A stretch of 41,033 bases of DNA from a virus (taxonomy: Duplodnaviria; Caudoviricetes): positions 1-41,033 of IMG/VR virus record IMGVR_UViG_3300032327_000479; one strand, 5' to 3'. The notes beneath the pieces were generated by a model that saw only the letters and a program-made list of their open reading frames with translations, ran no database searches and was not told the origin of the DNA. Both the position numbers and the translations under genes were made by a program. Shown one piece after another: positions 34,500-41,033 of this stretch (within the stretch, counting starts at the first letter, position 1; every line of letters begins with the position of its first letter).

Positions 34500-35524
34500 G
34501 TTGTAGCCTCGTATGTCCCAGATAAGTAAAAGTAGTCTGCCGTTGATGGGCTAGTTGGGGCTGAGTGATTCATTAAAACTTCGTTTCCTCCACCAGCGGA
34601 ATGATAGAGTGCCATTGTTGTTAAACCTGCCGTAGCGTGAGCAGATAGTTCATAATGACCGCTATTAGAAAACTTTTCATACGCAGCATTTCTAAATACA
34701 TACTTTTCTGTTGGGGCAAAAGGTAGCGTTATAAAATACTGATTTCCATTTCCAGCACCAAAGGCAGTCATTGTTGTGTAGAGAACCTTGATTCTAAAGT
34801 GAACTAACTTACCTTGTTTCATGTATGAGCCAGTTGCTGGTGTTCCTGTAAAAGCAATCTGAGATGTGCCACCGCTACTTGAGAATACTGGACTATAAGC
34901 GGTTGGAGTTGGGTCAGATGGGATAGTTGGCTTATTTAGGATTTGTGCTTTACCACTTGTTGCGTTCCAGTCAGAGTTGACTTGGGCTACTGCTGCGGTT
35001 GTTTGAGTCGTGTTGTCATTGAAAGTTAGGTTTGTGACTTTAAGGTTAGGCAACTGTGCTTGAGCAATACCGTTGATAAAAAATACGCCGTTTGCTACAC
35101 CAATAGTTGCGTTAGTACCCAAAACGCTATCCGTAACGTTAACAGTTCCAGGACCTAAAAAGATGTTTTTCCAACGCTTTGCTGCACTTCCAATGGAATA
35201 GGCGTCATCTACATCAGGAATAAGGTCACCAGTAACAGGTACGGGTACTCCATAAACTTTTTTTAACGGCTCAAATGTTCCTACCCAAATAGGGTAAGAA
35301 GGGTCACCACCTTCAAACTGAACCCATACACCATCACCTATTGAGGGAGCTACTCGAACAGTTCCTGAACTAGCCATACCCCAAGCCCAGCCAGTTACCT
35401 CAGAAAGAAGTATTTGAGGAACTTGAACTTTTATTCGGTTTTTGTTTAAAGGATCATTGGTGTCTACAACAACCCCTCGGTAAATACCGTAAAATCGTCT
35501 ATTACCAAATTCGTCTTTTATCAT
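34496..35524 (-). CDS. baseplate spike (gp5/gpV OB-fold) fused to tail-fibre-like segments
   Basis: GIYRGVVVD..DP....RIKVQVP...WA...P.IGD.VWV.FEGGD...P.W.G, followed by fibre-like motifs. Confidence 0.88.
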   Translation of the reverse strand: MIKDEFGNRRFYGIYRGVVVDTNDPLNKNRIKVQVPQILLSEVTGWAWGMASSGTVRVAPSIGDGVWVQFEGGDPSYPIWVGTFEPLKKVYGVPVPVTGDLIPDVDDAYSIGSAAKRWKNIFLGPGTVNVTDSVLGTNATIGVANGVFFINGIAQAQLPNLKVTNLTFNDNTTQTTAAVAQVNSDWNATSGKAQILNKPTIPSDPTPTAYSPVFSSSGGTSQIAFTGTPATGSYMKQGKLVHFRIKVLYTTMTAFGAGNGNQYFITLPFAPTEKYVFRNAAYEKFSNSGHYELSAHATAGLTTMALYHSAGGGNEVLMNHSAPTSPSTADYFYLSGTYEATT

Positions 35525-37314
35525 GCTCTAGTTATAGACATTGTGTAGGTGTTTGAAGATAGCCCATCAGCAGTAGTGACAGTTATTGTTACTATCGTAG
35601 TAGCCGCACTTGGGGTAGAGATGGCCGAGCTAGCAGCTCCTGAAGCTACCACCGTTCCGTTAACTTTAATAACGCAAGTAGTGTCATATACCGAAGGAGT
35701 AAACGTAACAGTTGAAGTAGCTGTTCCATTAACTGAGTAGCTAAATACCTGAGGCTTTAAAGTGGGGCTAAACGACCCAGAGCTGATAGCTAGAGTCTTT
35801 AATGAAGCAACAGGGTACACTAGCGTCGAAGAGTCCATAAACACAAAGTAATCACCATTTGTTGGGATTAAGTTAGCTCGTGCAACTGACCCTCCCGTTC
35901 TGTATAGACTAATAACTTTTACAGAGGTTAACCCAGCTAAGTTCATTAAGTTATTTTCAATTTGTTCTGGGTAAATGGTGGTGCCGAAGTCCAGGTAATT
36001 GTACCCATACCCTCCCACAATTTGGTATTTAATAGCGGCTATAATCTGGTCATGAGTGTAAAGGCTGTTGCTGTTGTACTGCACTTCTGCGTAAACAGGC
36101 ACGTAGGTGGGGGGTACTACACTGACATTTACTCCAATTTGAGTTTTGTCTGTAAAGTATGTGGTTACTTCTGACTGTAAAGCTGTCCAAGAAGTCGTTA
36201 CCTCAGTATTTGCCGCATTCATTCCAGGGTAATAGTCAGTCGAAGTGTCACTAGCAGTAGGGCCTACGTAAAGAACCACTGAGTTAGGTTGCGTGGCTTT
36301 TGCTACAGCTTTTCCAACTCCGTTTACACTTAACGCTAAATCCCGATAGTCAGCAAGAGAGACTGCTCTTTTTAAAGTTCGTAAAGAAGAAGGTACGTTA
36401 ACCCTGATAGAGTCAGTGGATTCTGAATCCTCTCCACCAGTTCCCTGACCTGTGGAAATGACTGTCACATTAGGAGTGTTGGCTCCTGCAGGAGTAGAGT
36501 ACACAGTAAACGCGCTATTCAGAGAAAGGTTGCCTACTAGCCCTCCACCAACAGTGTACGTGGCAGAAATTGCGCTACCAGAGGTAGGAATAGCTCCTGA
36601 AATTCCATCACCTAAAGTAACTGTGACAATGTCACTAGAATCAAACGTGGTGTTATAGACCGAAGAAGTAGGCCCGTAATCAGACAAGTGAGAAACTTCT
36701 GACCAGTAAACTTCAGAGTTTCCGTCGTTTACAGTCACTGCTACTGTGCCATAAACTACAGGAGTTTTTGACAAGTTAAACATTTGGTTAGCAGTCCCCG
36801 TGCTAGTACCTAAAGCTTCTGTGTAAGAGTACCCGTGAGACAAAGTAGCACTTACCGAAGAGCTGGCCGTAATGGAAGTGTCTGTGTCTAAAGTAAAGTA
36901 AACAGAGCTAGTGACATCTCCCACAGTCACGCTAGTGACAAAGGTAGTTCCTGAGAGAAGGGTGATGTCAGTAGTGGTATCTTTGTTGGTAATAGTCACA
37001 GGTATTGTTGCTTGCCTATACCCCGAAGGAGTGTAGTCAAAAAACTTAGCTAAATCTAAAACACTTTGCCGTTGAACTGCAGTAGCCAAAAACCCTTCAT
37101 TAGCAGTCCTATCAATGTAGTAGTTGGTTATGTCGCCTATGTAAGCGAACGTCTCAAGTAACGCCACTCCAAAATCGCTAGGGTCTGTGCCAGACCATCT
37201 TACGTTTCCTTCTGAGTTAACTCTTGATTGAACCCTAGCTATTAGGTCATCTCTAAGTGAATAAAAATCTCGGTTAGTGTAGTTTATGGATGCGGGGATA
37301 TTATTAGCCATCAA
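35521..37314 (-). CDS. baseplate J/gp6-like wedge protein with C-terminal cadherin-like beta-sandwich
   Basis: YT.RDF..L, SDFGVALLE, GG.D.ES...IR...RAVSL.DY. Confidence 0.9.
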   Translation of the reverse strand: MMANNIPASINYTNRDFYSLRDDLIARVQSRVNSEGNVRWSGTDPSDFGVALLETFAYIGDITNYYIDRTANEGFLATAVQRQSVLDLAKFFDYTPSGYRQATIPVTITNKDTTTDITLLSGTTFVTSVTVGDVTSSVYFTLDTDTSITASSSVSATLSHGYSYTEALGTSTGTANQMFNLSKTPVVYGTVAVTVNDGNSEVYWSEVSHLSDYGPTSSVYNTTFDSSDIVTVTLGDGISGAIPTSGSAISATYTVGGGLVGNLSLNSAFTVYSTPAGANTPNVTVISTGQGTGGEDSESTDSIRVNVPSSLRTLKRAVSLADYRDLALSVNGVGKAVAKATQPNSVVLYVGPTASDTSTDYYPGMNAANTEVTTSWTALQSEVTTYFTDKTQIGVNVSVVPPTYVPVYAEVQYNSNSLYTHDQIIAAIKYQIVGGYGYNYLDFGTTIYPEQIENNLMNLAGLTSVKVISLYRTGGSVARANLIPTNGDYFVFMDSSTLVYPVASLKTLAISSGSFSPTLKPQVFSYSVNGTATSTVTFTPSVYDTTCVIKVNGTVVASGAASSAISTPSAATTIVTITVTTADGLSSNTYTMSITRA

Positions 37315-37715
37315 ATTTCCTTAGGTGGGGTATTACCATCAATAACTACTGTATTAAGCTCAATAGTTACTATGGTTCTGTTTGGTAATCTGTAAGAAAC
37401 TTCCATGGTTACCGTTCCATTAGAGGGGTCAAAAAATCCATCGACAGACTCTAGTGTGAGAAGAGGTAGATAATTGTGGAAGGCAATTGCAGCCATCCGT
37501 TTAACTTCAGAAATTGCAGAATCTGAAGTTTGAAAATCTGTTTGGTAGACATCTGTGCCAAAGTCTAGCCGTTGGACTCTCTCGCCAAACCCAGTCCCCA
37601 AAACAGCAAGAACTCTATCTTGCCAAATTTTATTTTGGTCAATAGTGGTGGCCACATTCCCTTGAGGGTCAAAAGAAAAAGGGTACAGAATAGTTTTTTC
37701 GTAAATCTGTTCCAC
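37311..37715 (-). CDS. gp25/gpW-like baseplate protein
   Basis: LGT..GERV.R.DFGT. Confidence 0.88.
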   Translation of the reverse strand: MEQIYEKTILYPFSFDPQGNVATTIDQNKIWQDRVLAVLGTGFGERVQRLDFGTDVYQTDFQTSDSAISEVKRMAAIAFHNYLPLLTLESVDGFFDPSNGTVTMEVSYRLPNRTIVTIELNTVVIDGNTPPKEI

Positions 37716-37717
37716 GG

Positions 37718-38998
37718 TTATCCCATCTCCTCATACACCCAAACTGCAGGGGTTCTTTTCCATCCTTGGTTTTTTTCAGAAAAAACCTGTTGAGTTACTT
37801 TCAGTGTTCTATTTCCTGAGTTAAGAGAGTTAGGGTTTTTCCCATTGTTGTTTAAAGCATCAGTTAAGTTTACCACTCCGCTAATACTCTTTTCTGTTAT
37901 CTGCTTATAGTTAGCGCTTACGTCACCAAACCCATCAGTAACAATGTCTAAATCCACTTGGTAGTTGTGGTTGCTGGAAAAATGATGATGAGCTTTTTTA
38001 ACTATCCAAATTCCATCGTTTAAGTCGCTCGTGCCTAACACCGCAATAGGTCCAAAAACTCTAATCCTAGGATCTCCCTGGCCTTTTAACTTTGCAGGTA
38101 AGTTGAACCGTGCATTTTGAGCTGAGCCCTGAGCCAGTGCTTGCCCTATAGCTTGAGAGTTCGATACATGTTCTTGAGAAACTTGAGAAAATAAAACATC
38201 TGCTACAACATCTCTTACGGGAGTCCCTACACCATCAGGAGTAGCCACTGCGGTGACTATGCTCGCATTTATGGGAGAAACTCCGCCTAAGTTTTTAGTA
38301 GTTCTAGAATTAGGCCCACTTTCGATGTACTCTCCATTACGAACTTGTAGCCAATCAAGAGTTCTATCGTCTTGCATGTTATTTATTCCAGTACCTCTAC
38401 CAAACATGGCAAATGTAGGAAGGCTTGTAATTCCTGAGTAAATAATTCTGTCTAAAGGTCTAAAAATAAAAGTTAATCCATCAACAACTACGCCATAACC
38501 AATTTTATGAGCTTGTTCTTGAATCCACTCCCAGTATGAGTGCCCTGCAATAGCTAGTTGGTCAAACATAACCCCATTATCTTCGCCCACAAATTTAAAC
38601 CCAAATTTTTCTACAATCTCTTTAACTGCCATAGGAATAGTAGTATTTGTAAATACTTTAGGTTCACGAGTTTTTAAAGGAAAAGTAGGACCAATACAAT
38701 GCACCTCCATAATTTCCTGAGGCTGACCTATAGTGTGGGTAGTAACATTAGACACGTACCCTACCCATTCGCGAGTGTAACTTCCCTGTGAAAAAGTTAG
38801 CTGAACAGGAACTCCTGTTTTTAAAATGGTTATCCAAAGATAGTTAGCTACGCTAAATTGTATCGTGAGCACATCATGCGCTCCACTTTCCTCTAAAAGG
38901 TCAATTTTTACAGGTTGTAGCCTTATTGATGGGGCTGTAGGAAAAGACACTTTAGTGAATGTACTCTGCCTATTTTTACCCAAATTAGATACGGGCAT
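37718..38998 (-). CDS. baseplate hub (gpD/gp27-like) protein
   Basis: G.SYWEWI...A..IGY, GDPRI...I...G..W.V....H. Confidence 0.8.
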   Translation of the reverse strand: MPVSNLGKNRQSTFTKVSFPTAPSIRLQPVKIDLLEESGAHDVLTIQFSVANYLWITILKTGVPVQLTFSQGSYTREWVGYVSNVTTHTIGQPQEIMEVHCIGPTFPLKTREPKVFTNTTIPMAVKEIVEKFGFKFVGEDNGVMFDQLAIAGHSYWEWIQEQAHKIGYGVVVDGLTFIFRPLDRIIYSGITSLPTFAMFGRGTGINNMQDDRTLDWLQVRNGEYIESGPNSRTTKNLGGVSPINASIVTAVATPDGVGTPVRDVVADVLFSQVSQEHVSNSQAIGQALAQGSAQNARFNLPAKLKGQGDPRIRVFGPIAVLGTSDLNDGIWIVKKAHHHFSSNHNYQVDLDIVTDGFGDVSANYKQITEKSISGVVNLTDALNNNGKNPNSLNSGNRTLKVTQQVFSEKNQGWKRTPAVWVYEEMG

Positions 38999-39266
38999 TT
39001 GGAATCCTTATGGTAGTTCCAGGAGCAATGTTTAGCGCATCAGCAATTTCTGGGTTAATGTCCATAATTTTCCACCAGCTATCCTCTGTACCGTAGTACT
39101 TATTAGCTATAAGGTCGATTCGGTCTCCATCAACCCACACGTAATAGCTGAAAGGCACATTTCTAGAAGGGTAAACTCTGTCTACAGTTATTTGGTATGT
39201 ACCGTTTCTAGCATCACTAGCCCTGTAAAAAAAGCCATCCGCATAACGACTATCAAAATACGGCAT
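38985..39266 (-). CDS. LysM/gpX-like tail protein
   Basis: GDRIDLIANKYYG...WWKIMDINP...PGTTIRIP. Confidence 0.88.
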   Translation of the reverse strand: MPYFDSRYADGFFYRASDARNGTYQITVDRVYPSRNVPFSYYVWVDGDRIDLIANKYYGTEDSWWKIMDINPEIADALNIAPGTTIRIPNARI

Positions 39267-41033
39267 TAGTTAACCTTTCCCCGAAAACTCTCGAATCCAG
39301 ACCATGGAGCGTAACTGTTGAACACATCTCCAGGGTTTAGCAAAGAGCCATTACCGTCAATGTTAGATTTTCCCTTAGAGTTAGGGAAGGGCTCCACACG
39401 ACGACTAAACGTAAGACTAATGTTAGTAAAAATAGGAATCATTCCTTCACTAAAGATAGTGTGAGTGACATTGAAGTCCAGGATAGTTCCTATGTACCGC
39501 ATTTGTTTTCCTAAGTGAAGTTCAACAGGAACTCCGAACAAGAAGCCAAAGTCTGCGGTGTAACGTCCTCTAAGAGCGCTAAACTCTCTAAACCCAACCA
39601 ACGTACTGAGCAAATATTCAATGTCGTACATGGTACCCAATTCTTGAATAGTCTGTAGTTCAGTTAGGTATTGCTCTCCACTAGGGGCTGTAGCAGAAGA
39701 AGAGTGGGACAATCCATAAACAGCTTCTAAGTTGCTTAGTACTCCTGAGGGTTTTCTGGAGTTAAGCAGCGCCATGTCAGGCATTCGATTGATAATTAAA
39801 TCAAAACTAATCCAAGAAGACGTTTGCGAAGGGGTAATGTACGGAGTAGCGTCTTTACCTGACATGTATAACCCAGGGTCTACGGAGTTAGTAGCTCCGC
39901 CCCAACCCATCTGCACGGTACTTGGGTTGTACAAAAATTGAAATCCGTATTTTTTAGTTTGGTGACTACCTCCTAAATACCAATCAGGAAGATTTGGGTC
40001 TTTATTTTTAAGGGATTTTGCACCTTTAGAGTTAGTTTTCCAATAAGAGTAGGTTTGGAACATTCCTTTGTGAGCACCTTGGCTGGCTGTTCCCCATAGC
40101 TCTTTAGCGTTTTTTACCAATCCTAGAGAGGCAGGGCTTCCTCCACTATTGAGAAGAATAGAGGGGTACCCAGTAGTCTCTGAAGTTCCAGAGTTAGTAA
40201 AGTAAGCCCACTTAACGCTAGGGATGTTGTACGCAACAGGAGTAGCAGAGTCATCCACAATGGTAGGGGACCCTGCGGAAGTTTCCCCTCCTCCTCCTTT
40301 TCCTCCCGAACCACTACCCAAACCTGCTTTTTTCCTAAGTGCTTGGTAATACTCCTGTAAATCTGCGTAGTAAGCGGATACTTTTTTGAAATACTTTTTA
40401 GCATCTCTGTACGCGTTCAACACTGACTTGTGCATTGTTGACACGGAAACCACGTTACCTGGCTCAGGAGTTTGCCCCCGTCTATAGTAAATTGCTCCAG
40501 TTACTTTTGTCTGAGAAGAATCAGTAGTGCTATTCGCAGCTCGAACTACAATTGACTGTGCGGGAATGACCGTTGGGGAGCTATCCCCAGGAAGAGTTTT
40601 GCTCATAGGAGAGAGCGTGTAGTTAGTCCCAAGTATAAGGACAACTCCCTCTCCACCATCTCCCGCTTTCCAACGAACTGAGTCACCTCCTTTTAACTCA
40701 GGTATGTACACCCAATCTTGCTCAGTAGGAAGATAAGCTGCATCAGATACAAAGAAGTTTAAGTACAAAGTAAGTTTTGTAGTGGACTGTTTATAATGAT
40801 GAATGTCTATAGTGTAAACTGAGCCAGGAGTGGACCCCGATTTTATTGATTTCTCAAAAGAGTTTTTGGCAGGTATAACCGTCTGATCGTGGTAAATAGC
40901 TATTTCGCGTTTAAAAAACCTAACTTCATCAAGCAACCAGTCAGCATATTTTTCTTTTTCTGATTTACCGCGAATAACGACTGACGCACCAGTGCCTTTA
41001 CCGTTATCCGTCCTAAACACTTCACTAGAAAAA
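39266..41033 (-). CDS. tail tube initiator-like baseplate protein, 5'-truncated by the window edge
   Basis: Frame is open to the edge. YGFQFLYNP..V and V..TIF...MIP motifs, located upstream of LysM. Confidence 0.65.
   Translation of the reverse strand, partial: FSSEVFRTDNGKGTGASVVIRGKSEKEKYADWLLDEVRFFKREIAIYHDQTVIPAKNSFEKSIKSGSTPGSVYTIDIHHYKQSTTKLTLYLNFFVSDAAYLPTEQDWVYIPELKGGDSVRWKAGDGGEGVVLILGTNYTLSPMSKTLPGDSSPTVIPAQSIVVRAANSTTDSSQTKVTGAIYYRRGQTPEPGNVVSVSTMHKSVLNAYRDAKKYFKKVSAYYADLQEYYQALRKKAGLGSGSGGKGGGGETSAGSPTIVDDSATPVAYNIPSVKWAYFTNSGTSETTGYPSILLNSGGSPASLGLVKNAKELWGTASQGAHKGMFQTYSYWKTNSKGAKSLKNKDPNLPDWYLGGSHQTKKYGFQFLYNPSTVQMGWGGATNSVDPGLYMSGKDATPYITPSQTSSWISFDLIINRMPDMALLNSRKPSGVLSNLEAVYGLSHSSSATAPSGEQYLTELQTIQELGTMYDIEYLLSTLVGFREFSALRGRYTADFGFLFGVPVELHLGKQMRYIGTILDFNVTHTIFSEGMIPIFTNISLTFSRRVEPFPNSKGKSNIDGNGSLLNPGDVFNSYAPWSGFESFRGKVN

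Noticed and set aside
2964-40404. Many + strand and alternate-frame ORFs overlapping major - strand genes (e.g. 9650..10210, 15327..15785, 18706..19080)
   Set aside because: Antisense or frame shadows with no recognisable motifs or convincing RBS.
31820-41033. Bacterial contractile injection system or tailocin
   Set aside because: Contiguous with a full phage replication module, so a myophage baseplate is the simpler explanation.
1-41033. tRNA, rRNA, integrase or att sites
   Set aside because: None recognised by eye. Intergenic gaps are short and explained by hairpins, promoters or micro-ORFs. A covariance-model scan would be needed to exclude them formally.

Overview
This window is a fragment of a low-GC, contractile-tailed (myovirus-type) dsDNA phage, most likely infecting Actinobacteria: it has two WhiB genes, an actinophage-style HicA-like gene and candidate leaderless promoters. 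A chain of tiny + strand genes (1-2146) meets the long - strand region at a perfect bidirectional terminator (2146-2187). Read in its own direction (41033 to 2195), the - strand starts with a baseplate/tail module and a small membrane protein. A replication module follows: HTH protein, palindrome-rich putative origin, DnaC-like loader, DnaB, primase, SNF2 helicase, MerR-like HTH, gp32-like SSB and a Leu762 PolA. Next is a recombination/nucleotide module: RecA, Hjc-like nuclease, HNH, WhiB, Cas4-like nuclease, UvsY-like protein, dNMP kinase and RuvC. Then comes a ~10 kb uncharacterised block that opens with SpoVS and ends with a HAD-like gene plus a divergent TGT/DpdA-like gene, followed by class II RNR (nrdJ) and a second HNH. 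The best candidates for new biology are: (1) the SpoVS-led block, with paralogous low-complexity proteins and an RBS-sequestering hairpin; (2) the TGT/DpdA-like protein that apparently lacks its nucleophile Asp; (3) an HNH cassette that replaced the 3' end of its neighbour gene and left the old end stranded; (4) a 20-codon chimeric scar after the tail spike; (5) repeat-linked mini-gene cassettes at the left end; and (6) a stable-hairpin origin candidate. All calls are by-eye motif recognition; no searches were run.
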